From: an uncultured Bacteroidales bacterium
GTDB lineage: Bacteria > Bacteroidota > Bacteroidia > Bacteroidales > UBA10428
Length of the DNA stretch: 64,000 bases
Reading direction: 5' to 3'
NCBI GenBank assembly: GCA_963808745.1
Contig: CAWEGX010000019.1
Span: 10,212 to 74,211 of the forward strand
Both the position numbers and the translations under genes were made by a program. The notes under the pieces were generated by a model. That model worked only from the letters and a program-made list of their open reading frames with translations, did no database searches and had not been told where the DNA came from. Below, in pieces: positions 41,578 through 51,278 of this stretch (position 1 is its first letter; the number at the start of each line of letters is the position of its first letter).

Positions 41578-43380
41578 ATGACCACAGAAGTCAGACAATA
41601 CAAATATGGAAGCGACCGGTTGTGGAACCGTATCGCAGTGGTGGCAGGCATTTTTGCCCTGCTGATCTGTGTTTTGCTGGTGGCCAATTACATCCAGGTA
41701 AAAAAATCCGACCCTGTTAACATGACAGTCATTAACACTCTGGTGGAAAGACTTTATGAAAATCCTGCCGATTCAGCATTGCGAAAAGAAATCAGAACAC
41801 TCGACCTGCTATCGCGCAAAGCCTATTTTACCAGTCAGTGGCAGATACGTACCGGTGGTTATCTTTTGCTGGCATCGATAGCTTTAATGATCATATCATT
41901 ACAGGTTGTCGAATACAGGAGAAAAATATCCCCGGTTCTGTCCACGGATACCGTAGATGAAACCATGCTCCAGAACCGGAAAGCCCGGAAGTGGATAGTG
42001 ATGGGCGGAGGTGTCATTTTGCTGACTGCTGTGGTTTTTGGCGTACTCTCCTCTAATGACCTGGCAGACAAGTTCAACAGCCTGAGCGGGGGAAACGGGG
42101 GCTCTTTTGAACAGGATATTGAGGCCGGGGATATTACCGTGACAGACCTGGCAGCCGGCACCCCGGATACTGCCAATGGCCCGGCAGGAGCAGCGGAAAC
42201 AGCAGATACGGCAGTTGCTGCTCCGGCCGGATCAACGCCGGCAGTCAGCACCGACAATTTCCCCAATTTCAGGGGTACAGGAGGGGTTGGCATAGCATCA
42301 AAAAGAAATATTCCTGTCAGCTGGGATGGAAAAGCAGGTACAAATGTCCTGTGGAAAGCCGCTATTCCTTTACCCGGTCATAACTCACCCATAGTATGGG
42401 GTGACCGGGTTTTTATTGCAGGTGCCAATGGCAGCAAACAGGAGGTTTATTGCTACGATCGCAATAATGGAAAAATACTTTGGACCACCCCGGTGGGAAC
42501 AGGCACTAAAAAGCCGAAAGTTTCCGAGGAAACCGGATTCGCTGCCCCGACTGCAGTTACGGATGGCACCGGAGTTTATGTCATATTTTCAACGGGTGAT
42601 ATTGTCGGAATTGATATGAATGGCAAAAAGATCTGGGAAAGAGACCTCGGGCTGCCTGAAAATTATTACGGACATTCTTCTTCATTAATGCTATATAATG
42701 GAAGTATCATTGTTCAATTTGATCAGCGATCCTCCCAGAAGATAATGGCCCTCTCTGTAAAAACCGGAAAAAACGTCTGGAGCACCGATCGCCAGTGTAA
42801 AATTTCATGGTCATCACCCATTGTGGTAAATACAGGCAAAAAGACAGAAATAATTACGGTGGCGGAGCCCAATGTGACAGCCTATGATCCGGCAAACGGG
42901 GCAGAATTGTGGAAGATCGAATGCATCAGCGGAGAGGTGGGACCATCGCCTGCATATGCCAACGGGATCGTTTTTGCGGTAAATGATTATTCAAAACTAA
43001 GCGCGATCAGGCTGGGCGATCAGCCAACCCTTTTATGGGAAAATAACGAATTCCTTTCGGATATTCCCAGTCCGGTTGCCACAGACAAGTACCTGTTTAT
43101 TGCAACCAGCTATGGAATGGTTGCCTGTTATGATGCTGTAACCGGACAGAAATACTGGGAAAAGGATTTTGGCAAAAGTATATATTCCTCACCCATGATC
43201 GTTGAAAACAAGGTGTATGTCCAGGACATTACAGGTATAATGCACATTTTCAGTGCAGGCAAAGAATTCAAATTAATCGGTGAGTCAAAGCTCGGTGAGT
43301 ATTCAGCAAGCACCCCTGCATTCACAAACGGAAGAATTTATATCCGCGGGGAAGAGAACCTTTATTGTATTGGAAAATGA
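41578..43380 (+). CDS. PQQ-like beta-propeller repeat protein P4 with 3-TM N-terminal domain and Ala/Thr/Pro-rich linker
   Basis: TM segments IAVVAGIFALLICVLLVANYI, GGYLLLASIALMIISLQVV and WIVMGGGVILLTAVVFGVL. Linker GTPDTANGPAGAAETADTAVAAPAGSTPAV. NFPNFRGTGGVG...NVLW and blades VYCYDRNNGKILW and VACYDAVTGQKYW. Confidence 0.8.
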   Translation: MTTEVRQYKYGSDRLWNRIAVVAGIFALLICVLLVANYIQVKKSDPVNMTVINTLVERLYENPADSALRKEIRTLDLLSRKAYFTSQWQIRTGGYLLLASIALMIISLQVVEYRRKISPVLSTDTVDETMLQNRKARKWIVMGGGVILLTAVVFGVLSSNDLADKFNSLSGGNGGSFEQDIEAGDITVTDLAAGTPDTANGPAGAAETADTAVAAPAGSTPAVSTDNFPNFRGTGGVGIASKRNIPVSWDGKAGTNVLWKAAIPLPGHNSPIVWGDRVFIAGANGSKQEVYCYDRNNGKILWTTPVGTGTKKPKVSEETGFAAPTAVTDGTGVYVIFSTGDIVGIDMNGKKIWERDLGLPENYYGHSSSLMLYNGSIIVQFDQRSSQKIMALSVKTGKNVWSTDRQCKISWSSPIVVNTGKKTEIITVAEPNVTAYDPANGAELWKIECISGEVGPSPAYANGIVFAVNDYSKLSAIRLGDQPTLLWENNEFLSDIPSPVATDKYLFIATSYGMVACYDAVTGQKYWEKDFGKSIYSSPMIVENKVYVQDITGIMHIFSAGKEFKLIGESKLGEYSASTPAFTNGRIYIRGEENLYCIGK

Positions 43381-45725
43381 CAGATAATCTGGAATATAAG
43401 GTCGACAATCTGGTTCAGGAAATAGGGTCCACTCCCGATAAGGTTATTCCTATTCTTCAGGCTATTCAGAAGGAGTTTAATTACCTTCCCGAAGAAGCCC
43501 TGAAAAGGGTTTGTGAAACAACTTCCATACTGCCTTCGTCCATCCATGGCATCGCAACATTCTATTCCCAGTTCAGGCTCAAACCGGTTGGAAAACACAT
43601 TGTAAAGGTGTGTGTTGGCACTGCCTGTCATGTGAAAGGTTCCATGCTTGTATATGAGGCTTTTCAACGGGCACTTCACCTGGAAGGAAAAGAGGATACG
43701 GATTCAAAAATGCTGTTTACCATGGAGAAGGTTGCCTGCCTCGGCTGTTGCACCCTTGCCCCGGTTGTTCAGATAGATGAAGTAACCTATGGCCATGTGG
43801 GTACAGAGCAGGCAGATGAGATCCTGCAGGATTTTTTGAACAGGAAGCATCATTCTGTGGTTTCCAAATCCTCTGTTTCACTTAAAACCAGGGCTTCGCA
43901 GGGTGAAGTGCGCATTGGTCTCGGATCATGCTGTATTGCCAGCGGAAGCCAGGCCGTAAAACTGGCGCTGGAGGAAGCTTTAGAGCAAACCCATATCAAT
44001 GTTCAGGTTAAGCAGGTAGGTTGCGTAGGCATTTGTAACCAGGTGCCTGTTCTTGAAATCCATAAAGAAGGAGAATCACCCGCCATATATGCCAAAATCA
44101 AACCTGAAGAGGTAAGGGAGGTAATCAAACATCACTTCAGCCCCGTTAATCTGGCCGACAAAGCCAAAGCCGGTGTCTACAATTTTTTTGACACCCTGGT
44201 AAACAGGGAAATTCCAAGATCGCTCACCTATTACAATCCTGAAAAGAAAGATACGCTGTTTTCGGAATTTCTTTCGTCGCAGGTAAGCATTGCCACGGAA
44301 TTCAGGGGGGAACTGAAACCGGGAGATCTGAATGAATACCAATCCAAAGGAGGCTTCAGTGCCCTGCATACATGCCTGCACAAATCAAATCCCGCGGAAG
44401 TAATTTCCATCATCAGCAACAGTGGACTGAGGGGCAGAGGGGGAGCCGGTTTCCCTACCGCATCAAAATGGAAACTGGTTAACCATGCAAAAGCGGATGT
44501 CAAATATGTGATCTGCAACGGAGATGAAGGCGATCCCGGCGCTTTCATGGACCGCATGCTGCTTGAGTCGTATCCGTACAGGATCATAGAGGGTATGATG
44601 ATTGCTGCCTATGCCACCGGGGCAAGCGAAGGCATTTTTTATATCCGTGCAGAATATCCGCTTGCAGTAAAGCGAATTCGTGAGGCCATCGCCTTGTGCA
44701 AACAGGAGGGATTGCTGGGGACCGGTATCTTGAATAGTTCATTTGCCTTTGATATAAGCATTTTTGAAGGAGCGGGGGCATTTGTGTGCGGCGAGGAAAC
44801 AGCCCTGATCGCCTCTATTGAAGGGAAACGGGGACTGCCCACCATGCGTCCACCCTACCCGGCTGAAAAAGGCCTGTGGGGTAAGCCAACCCTTATCAAC
44901 AATGTGGAAACCCTGTCGCTTGTTTCATGGATCATCCGACACGGCGATGAGGCATTTCAGAAAATCGGCACTCCCAACAGCAAAGGCACCAAGGTTTTTG
45001 CCCTTGCAGGAAAAATAAACCGCGGCGGATTGATTGAGGTGCCCATGGGTATCACCATCCGGAAAATTGTTGAGGAAATCGGAGGGGGAGTTCCCAACGG
45101 ACGCACCTTTAAAGCCATTCAGATAGGCGGTCCTTCCGGAGGCTGTATTCCCGCATCAATGGCGGATATCCCCATTGACTATAACTCACTTAAGGAAGCA
45201 GGGGCCATGATGGGATCAGGAGGGCTCATCGTACTGGATGATACTGATTGCATGGTTGATATTGCCAGGTATTTCCTGTCCTTCACACAAAACCAGTCGT
45301 GTGGCCGATGCACATTCTGCAGGATCGGTACCACCCGCATGCTGCAGATACTCGATAAGATATGCTCCGGAAAGGGAACCGAAACCGATCTGGGCCTGCT
45401 GGAAGAGCTGGCACACAGCACCAAAACCGGAAGCATGTGCGGACTGGGCAAGTCGGCCCCAAATCCGGTCCTGACCACCATCCGGTATTTCCGGGAGGAA
45501 TATATGGCACATATTAACGGGCATTGTCCGACCGGGAAATGCAAGAATCTGATCACCTATACCATCACGGAAGATTGTATTGGGTGTACCAAATGTGCCC
45601 AGCGGTGCCCATCCCAGGCTATTGAAGCAAAACCCTATGAGGTGCATGTGGTTGACAATGAAAAATGTATTAAATGCGATATATGCAGGGAGGTTTGTCC
45701 TGTGCAGGCTGTAATTACCCGTTAG
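43377..45725 (+). CDS. NuoE-NuoF fusion flavoprotein (HydC/HydB-, HndA/HndC-like) with extra thioredoxin-like and 2x[4Fe-4S] domains
   Basis: NuoE-like VCVGTACHVKG...CLGCCTLAPV. Second Trx-like Fe-S segment GLGSCCIASG...GCVGICNQVPV. NuoF motifs GRGGAGFPTASKW, ICNGDEGDPGAFMDR, SCGRCTFCRIG and MCGLGKSAPNP. C-terminal CIGCTKCAQRCP and CIKCDICREVCP. The ATG overlaps the upstream stop (ATGA at 43377-43380). Confidence 0.85.
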   Translation: MTDNLEYKVDNLVQEIGSTPDKVIPILQAIQKEFNYLPEEALKRVCETTSILPSSIHGIATFYSQFRLKPVGKHIVKVCVGTACHVKGSMLVYEAFQRALHLEGKEDTDSKMLFTMEKVACLGCCTLAPVVQIDEVTYGHVGTEQADEILQDFLNRKHHSVVSKSSVSLKTRASQGEVRIGLGSCCIASGSQAVKLALEEALEQTHINVQVKQVGCVGICNQVPVLEIHKEGESPAIYAKIKPEEVREVIKHHFSPVNLADKAKAGVYNFFDTLVNREIPRSLTYYNPEKKDTLFSEFLSSQVSIATEFRGELKPGDLNEYQSKGGFSALHTCLHKSNPAEVISIISNSGLRGRGGAGFPTASKWKLVNHAKADVKYVICNGDEGDPGAFMDRMLLESYPYRIIEGMMIAAYATGASEGIFYIRAEYPLAVKRIREAIALCKQEGLLGTGILNSSFAFDISIFEGAGAFVCGEETALIASIEGKRGLPTMRPPYPAEKGLWGKPTLINNVETLSLVSWIIRHGDEAFQKIGTPNSKGTKVFALAGKINRGGLIEVPMGITIRKIVEEIGGGVPNGRTFKAIQIGGPSGGCIPASMADIPIDYNSLKEAGAMMGSGGLIVLDDTDCMVDIARYFLSFTQNQSCGRCTFCRIGTTRMLQILDKICSGKGTETDLGLLEELAHSTKTGSMCGLGKSAPNPVLTTIRYFREEYMAHINGHCPTGKCKNLITYTITEDCIGCTKCAQRCPSQAIEAKPYEVHVVDNEKCIKCDICREVCPVQAVITR

Positions 45726-45726
45726 A

Positions 45727-47340
45727 ATGATCCATCTTAAAATAGACCATATCGACATACAGGCCGAAGAAGGCACTACCGTGCTGGAGGCAGCGAGGCA
45801 GGCTGGTATCATAATACCTTCCATGTGCCATATGAAGGGATATGGTAATCATCCCGCCTGCATGGTATGCCTTGTAAAAGATAATAAGTCCGAAGCCATT
45901 GTTCCATCCTGCTCGCTGAAAGTAACTCCCGGCATGGATATCATTGCCAGCGATGAAGAAGTGATGACCGCCCGCAGGCAGGCCCTGGAACTGCTTCTCA
46001 GTGACCATGCAGGTGATTGTGAAGCACCCTGCAGCCTGGCATGTCCCGCCGGAATGAACATTCCCCTGATGAACCGGCTTATTGGTGAAGGAAGGTTCAC
46101 CGAGGCACTCAGCGTAGTTAAGGATGATATAGCCCTGCCCTATGTGCTGGGTTATATTTGTCCGGCCCCCTGCGAAAAAGCCTGCCGGCGCAAACAGATT
46201 GATGACGCCGTGTCGGTATGCCTTTTAAAACGATTTTCTGCAGCGGCCGGCATTGATCAGAAATCAATCTCCGCTTCCCGAAAGTTGAATACTCCTTCCC
46301 CGGGCGTTACCAAAAAAGTAGCTGTCATTGGCAGCGGCCCTGCCGGATTGGCAGCAGCCTATTACCTGCAATTATACGGACACGTATGCACCGTATTCGA
46401 TAAAGCTCCGGAGCCCGGTGGCACGCTTCGTTACAGCATACCAGAAGAGGAACTGCCCAAAAACATTATTGACCGGGAGGTTGAAATAATCCGGTCGATG
46501 GGAGCAACCTTTCGTTTTAATGCACCTGTCACCGAACAAATATTCAACGCTGAGATAAAAGGCGCCTATGACGCTGTTGTTATTGCCACAGGCGATATAA
46601 CTATTGATAACAGCCTGGTAAACCTCATTGCTGTTTCAAAATCAGGATACCAGGTGAATGAAAAGAATATGAGCTCATCCGTGCCCGGCATCTACGTTTG
46701 CGGAAGCGCAATCAGGCCACATAAAATGGCTGTGCGATCTGTAGCCCAGGGCAAGACAGCAGCTGACGCAATTCATCAATACCTGCAGGCACAACCGTTT
46801 GAAAAACCCGGAAAGATGTTCAACTCCAGGTTTGATAAACTGTTGCCGGTTGAATTTGAAGAATACCTGAAGGAATCATCACGATCAGGCAGAGTCCTCC
46901 CGGGGGCAAAGACTGAGGAGGGCTTTTCACCGGATGAGGCCGTCAGGGAAGCCCTGCGATGTTTGCATTGTGACTGCCGCAAACAGGATAACTGTAAACT
47001 CAGGATTTACAGCAATGAATACCATATTGACCGCAGGCACTATATGGTCGGTGACCGCAAGGCGATGACCAAACAAATGCAGCATGACCTGATTATTTAT
47101 GAACCTGAAAAATGCATTAAGTGCGGATTATGTGTTGAGATCAGCAGCCTGGAGGGTGAAAAATTCGGGATGGCATTTGAAGGCAGGGGATTTGATGTTG
47201 TTGTCAATACCCCTATAGGAATTAACTTCAGTGAGGGTTTGACGCATACCGCAGTAAAATGTGCCGCGGCCTGTCCCACGGGAGCACTGGCACTAAGGGA
47301 CAAGTATGCAAATATTCATCTAAATAAGCAGACAAAATGA
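45727..47340 (+). CDS. chimeric Fe-S flavoprotein: NuoG/HydA-type N-terminal [2Fe-2S] + GltD-like Fe-S/FAD domain + NuoG-like [4Fe-4S] C-terminus
   Basis: N-terminal HLKIDHIDIQAEEGTTVLEAARQAGIIIPSMCH...CMVC. GltD-like CEAPCSLACPAGMNIP...YICPAPCEKACRR and VAVIGSGPAGLAAAYYL...FDKAPEPGGTLRYSIP. GIYVCGSA. C-terminal CLHCDCRKQDNCKL and CIKCGLC...CPTGAL. Confidence 0.75.
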   Translation: MIHLKIDHIDIQAEEGTTVLEAARQAGIIIPSMCHMKGYGNHPACMVCLVKDNKSEAIVPSCSLKVTPGMDIIASDEEVMTARRQALELLLSDHAGDCEAPCSLACPAGMNIPLMNRLIGEGRFTEALSVVKDDIALPYVLGYICPAPCEKACRRKQIDDAVSVCLLKRFSAAAGIDQKSISASRKLNTPSPGVTKKVAVIGSGPAGLAAAYYLQLYGHVCTVFDKAPEPGGTLRYSIPEEELPKNIIDREVEIIRSMGATFRFNAPVTEQIFNAEIKGAYDAVVIATGDITIDNSLVNLIAVSKSGYQVNEKNMSSSVPGIYVCGSAIRPHKMAVRSVAQGKTAADAIHQYLQAQPFEKPGKMFNSRFDKLLPVEFEEYLKESSRSGRVLPGAKTEEGFSPDEAVREALRCLHCDCRKQDNCKLRIYSNEYHIDRRHYMVGDRKAMTKQMQHDLIIYEPEKCIKCGLCVEISSLEGEKFGMAFEGRGFDVVVNTPIGINFSEGLTHTAVKCAAACPTGALALRDKYANIHLNKQTK

Positions 47341-48471
47341 TGATTGGTAACCGGCAAACGGTAAAAGTTCTTGTTTTGTTGGCCGCCCTGGTGCTTCCTG
47401 CCAGGATCTCAGCTCAGAATATGACCAATTCCTGGCCTATATTCCGCGGTGACCAGGGATTGAACGGAAATACTGCGGCTGTCATTCCCAAATCACCGAA
47501 AGTGGCATGGGTCTCAAAAATGGCAGGTGGTACCAAATCTTCCCCGGTCATTGGCAATAACTGCGTTTTTATCGGATCTGACGATGGTGTATTATATTGC
47601 CTTTCCCTTGCGGGCAAATCAAACTGGACATTTAATACCGGCCATGCCATCGAAGCCCCTCCCATGGTCAGCGACAATACGGTCTATATTGGAACGCTTG
47701 AAGGGGAATTGTTTGCCGTGGATATTAAAACAGGTAAGAAACGCTGGATGTATCAGACAGAGGGTCAGATTTCCGGATCGCCCAACTATTTCATGTCTGG
47801 AACATCCAAAAAGATTATTGTCGGCAGCTATGATTATTCTTTGCATTGTATAGATGATGCCACAGGAAAATCCGATTGGAAATACACATCGGATAATTAT
47901 ATTAATTGTGCGCCGGCCGTTTCAGGCAAAGTAACCGTTTTTGGCGGTTGCGACGGCAACCTCCATGTAGTTAACCTTGCCACCGGCAAGGTGAATTACA
48001 AGATTAACATGGGCACCTATATCGCGTCATCCAGCACGTTATCGGGTAACCAGGCCTTTCTTGGCGACTATGACGGGCAATTTTTTTGTGTGGATTACAT
48101 GACGAAAAAACTGGTGTGGGAACAGTCCGGCGGAGGATCTTTTGTTTCATCCCCTGCAGTATCAGGAAGCCATGTAGTTATCGGCTCAGAGAACCGGATT
48201 GTTTTTTGCTATAACAAGGCAGATGGCAAGGTACTCTGGCGGTTCAAAACCCTGGGGAAAATAACGGGATCTCCTGTCATTGCAGGAAACAAGGTGGTTA
48301 TTGCTGCCGGAGACGGCAGACTTTATATAATTGATCTGAAAACCGGAACCAAAAGCTGGACATATGAACTGGGCAGTCCTTCGAGCAGCACGCCGGCTGT
48401 TGTCACAAAACCTGCTGGTGATCGCTACCGATGATGGCCGTATTTTTGGTTTTAATCTTATTCAAAAATAG
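47337..48471 (+). pseudogene. PQQ-like beta-propeller repeat protein P5, secreted; frame change at an A4 run near the 3' end
   Basis: Signal peptide VLVLLAALVLPARISAQ. WPIFRGDQGLNG. Blades LYCLSLAGKSNW, LHCIDDATGKSDW and FFCVDYMTKKLVW. After acaaaacc (~48408) the natural C-terminus NLLVIATDDGRIFGFNLIQK* is in the next frame. The ATG overlaps the upstream stop (ATGA at 47337-47340). Confidence 0.75.
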
Positions 48472-48472
48472 G

Positions 48473-48878
48473 ATGGCTGATCAAATTTCCAAACATATCC
48501 TTTTCTGCCACTGCGGAGGAGAGAGGATCCATCCGGGTTACCCGGTTTGGTTACCGGGCATCTGAAAAAATTACCCGTTGAGGTTACGGGATTGTCTGAT
48601 CTCTGCGGATTAGCAGCAAAAAGTAGTGGTTTGCTAACAGATCTGTTCAACAGGGATACTGAATACCTTGTTCTCGGGTGCTATCCGCGCATATTTCGCC
48701 CGGATTGCTTACGGAAATAGACAGGAGCATCCATATGGCCATGGGTTATCTTACAAAACACCAATCTTCCAGAGTTGCCTGGCTCCCCCTCTGGTTCGGC
48801 AACCAGCTGGCCACGGATAAAACTAACCCGGTATATGGAACCGCCAAGGTTTGCATATATCACGGTCACGTTAAATAA
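48473..48878 (+). pseudogene. degraded Cys-rich small ORF(s); function unknown
   Basis: ATG lies 2 nt after the P5 stop. The product MADQISKHILFCHCGGERI... continues in other frames as LKKLPVEVTGLSDLCGLAAKSSGLLTDLFNRDTEYLVLGCYPR, and then as ...AWLPLWFGNQLATDKTNPVYGTAKVCIY...*, which ends 1 nt before the GTPase ATG. Confidence 0.3.
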
Positions 48879-48879
48879 A

Positions 48880-49974
48880 ATGATAGCTATGACTCAATTA
48901 ATATTTGTTGGCGGATTCCTTGGTGCCGGTAAGACAACCCTGCTTCATGAAGTAACACGCAGGCTGATTTCGAAAGGCACACGGGTAGGGCTCATTACCA
49001 ACGACCAGGCACCTGACCTGGCTGATACCGCTTTGCTTAAACATGACTATGTGAATGTTGCCGAAGTGACCGGAAGCTGTTTCTGCTGCGATTTTAAAGG
49101 ATTACGCAGGGCCATCGACAATGTTGGCCAACACCTGAAAACCGATATAATTATTGCAGAACCCGTCGGCAGCTGCACCGATTTATCGGCTACACTCGTC
49201 AATCCCATTAAAGAAATGATGAAAACAGAGGTTTCGGTGTGCCCCCTCACTGTTTTGGTGGATCCCGGGCGATTAAAGGACATCCTGGATGGAGGAACGA
49301 CAGGCCTGCATCCTGCGGCGGCCTATATTATTAAAAAGCAACTTGAAGAGAGTGATATAATTGCCATTACAAAATCCGATCTATATGAATCCGCTGAAAT
49401 CACTGAATTATCCCGAAGGCTGAAAGAAAACTTTCCGGATTGCGAAATCAGGGCCATCAGTGCCAAAACCGGTGAGGGCATTGATGACTGGCTGGAATAT
49501 GTATTAAAAGGTGAAGATGCCGGTAAACACATCGTGGAAATTGATTATGACAAATATGCCGAGGGGGAAGCGGTACTGGGCTGGCTTAACTGTTCCGCTT
49601 CATTGTCAGGCCATGAAACAGACTGGGATGTCTTTACACGCGAATTTATGCAGGCTCTGGCGGCAGAATTTGATGCCAATGGCACACCCGTAGGACATGT
49701 GAAAATGATTGTGGAAAACGGGGATCAGTACATTTCCTCCAATTTAACCGGCCATGCAGAAACGCTCACGTTCAGATGGTCTGCCGGTTCAGGCAACCAG
49801 GCGGAAATGATCGTGAATGCCCGCGTACAGATGTCGCCAAAGGACCTGGAACAGGTATTTTTAAGTACACTGGAGTCCATAACAAAGGACCGGATAAAAA
49901 CCCGGATCAACAGAATCAGGAGTATAAGCCCCGGATATCCAAACCCCACACACAGATATAAGAATAGAGTCTAA
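48880..49974 (+). CDS. G3E-family P-loop GTPase (CobW/HypB/UreG-type metallochaperone-like)
   Basis: P-loop GGFLGAGKTTLL. Cys motif GSCFCC. IIAEPVGSCTDL, and ITKSDL (NKxD-like). The start MIAMTQL at 48880 is preferred over the track start at 48775. Confidence 0.75.
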   Translation: MIAMTQLIFVGGFLGAGKTTLLHEVTRRLISKGTRVGLITNDQAPDLADTALLKHDYVNVAEVTGSCFCCDFKGLRRAIDNVGQHLKTDIIIAEPVGSCTDLSATLVNPIKEMMKTEVSVCPLTVLVDPGRLKDILDGGTTGLHPAAAYIIKKQLEESDIIAITKSDLYESAEITELSRRLKENFPDCEIRAISAKTGEGIDDWLEYVLKGEDAGKHIVEIDYDKYAEGEAVLGWLNCSASLSGHETDWDVFTREFMQALAAEFDANGTPVGHVKMIVENGDQYISSNLTGHAETLTFRWSAGSGNQAEMIVNARVQMSPKDLEQVFLSTLESITKDRIKTRINRIRSISPGYPNPTHRYKNRV

Positions 49975-50013
49975 GTATATAATGATTATATTGCATTGAT
50001 AAAAACCTTCTAA

Positions 50014-51261
50014 ATGAAAGCCTCCATGAAAACTTCGCAGATGATCAGAACAGGATTGTTTTGTTTTTTTTCAATCCTGTGCAGTATTCCGGGACTGACG
50101 CAGGATTGGCCTCAATGGCGGGGACCAAACCGTGATGGTATAATTTCAGGATTTAATGCGCCCAAGGCATGGCCGCAACAGCTTACCACGGCGTGGAAAA
50201 TAACTGTCGGCCTGGGTGATGCGACTCCTGCGCTTGTAAAGAACAAGCTGTATGTTTTCACGAGATTGAATGATCTGGAGAAATTACAATGCATTGACGC
50301 TGAAACAGGTAAGCAATTGTGGATTACCGATGGATATTCAACGCCGGTTCTCACAGGAGGTGGATCCAGGCATCCCGGTCCCCGGAGCTCACCTGTTGTA
50401 ACCGATAACAGGATAGTTACGATAGGAGTTGCCGGTGTTGTCACCTGCTATGATGTAAATACGGGAAAGGTTCTCTGGCAAAACAATGAATTCACTGCTT
50501 CAATTCCCAAGTTTTACTTTGGTGGCTCACCCCTGGTGGTTGACGGACTTTGCCTGGTACATTTCGGGATTGAAAATGCCGGGCAATATGTAGCCTTCGA
50601 TATGACAAACGGGAGTGTGAAATGGAAAACGGAAGGTGATGGACCGGGTTATTCTTCCCCGGTCATCATGGCGGCAGATGGAGCTAAAATGGCTGTATTC
50701 CAGGGCGACACCAGGCTTGTGGGTATTAATATCGCGGATGGTAAAATTCTTTGGAATATGAACACCCCTGTTCCTGAAGGTGTCAGGGCAGTCAGCTCAA
50801 CAAGTCCGGTTATAGATAACCAGACAGTATTCTACACCGGATTGGGCAACGGGGTAAATGCCATTGAAATCAAGACATTTGGTGATATTTTTACAGTCAG
50901 ACAATTGTGGACAAATCCGGATCTGTGCACCGAATTCAGTACTCCTGTTATTAAAAATGGCTTTCTCTTTGGCTTGTCTAAAACCAATAAACTGTTTTGC
51001 ATCAATGGAAGGGACGGAAAAACAGCATGGGTTGATACAGTCGCACACCAGAATTTTGGTTCAATCCTGGGTGTCGGCAGTGTTATTGTCGCGCTATCGA
51101 GTACTTCAAACATGATGGTGTATATACCTGTTGATACAGGATATTACCAGCTGGCCAGGATAAAGGTTGCGGAAACACCGGTATACGCTCATCCGGTTTT
51201 ATCGGGAAACCGTATCTTTATAAAAGATGAAAATTCGTTGATTTTATACACACTTCAATAA
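50014..51261 (+). CDS. PQQ-like beta-propeller repeat protein P6, secreted
   Basis: Signal peptide, then QDWPQWRGPNRDGIISGFNAPKAWP. Blades LQCIDAETGKQLW, VTCYDVNTGKVLW and LFCINGRDGKTAW. Confidence 0.8.
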   Translation: MKASMKTSQMIRTGLFCFFSILCSIPGLTQDWPQWRGPNRDGIISGFNAPKAWPQQLTTAWKITVGLGDATPALVKNKLYVFTRLNDLEKLQCIDAETGKQLWITDGYSTPVLTGGGSRHPGPRSSPVVTDNRIVTIGVAGVVTCYDVNTGKVLWQNNEFTASIPKFYFGGSPLVVDGLCLVHFGIENAGQYVAFDMTNGSVKWKTEGDGPGYSSPVIMAADGAKMAVFQGDTRLVGINIADGKILWNMNTPVPEGVRAVSSTSPVIDNQTVFYTGLGNGVNAIEIKTFGDIFTVRQLWTNPDLCTEFSTPVIKNGFLFGLSKTNKLFCINGRDGKTAWVDTVAHQNFGSILGVGSVIVALSSTSNMMVYIPVDTGYYQLARIKVAETPVYAHPVLSGNRIFIKDENSLILYTLQ

Positions 51262-51278
51262 AAAAGCCAGCCGTTTCT

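Noticed and set aside
43377-47340. An [FeFe]-hydrogenase or formate dehydrogenase (HydABC / Fdh-type) operon
   Set aside because: The NuoE/NuoF-like module is present, but no H-cluster domain and no molybdopterin domain occur in these or neighbouring genes.
48775-48879. The N-terminal extension of the GTPase ORF given in the track (start 48775)
   Set aside because: The extension has no family similarity and overlaps the decayed upstream ORF. The P-loop lies right after MIAMTQL, so a start at 48880 is more plausible.
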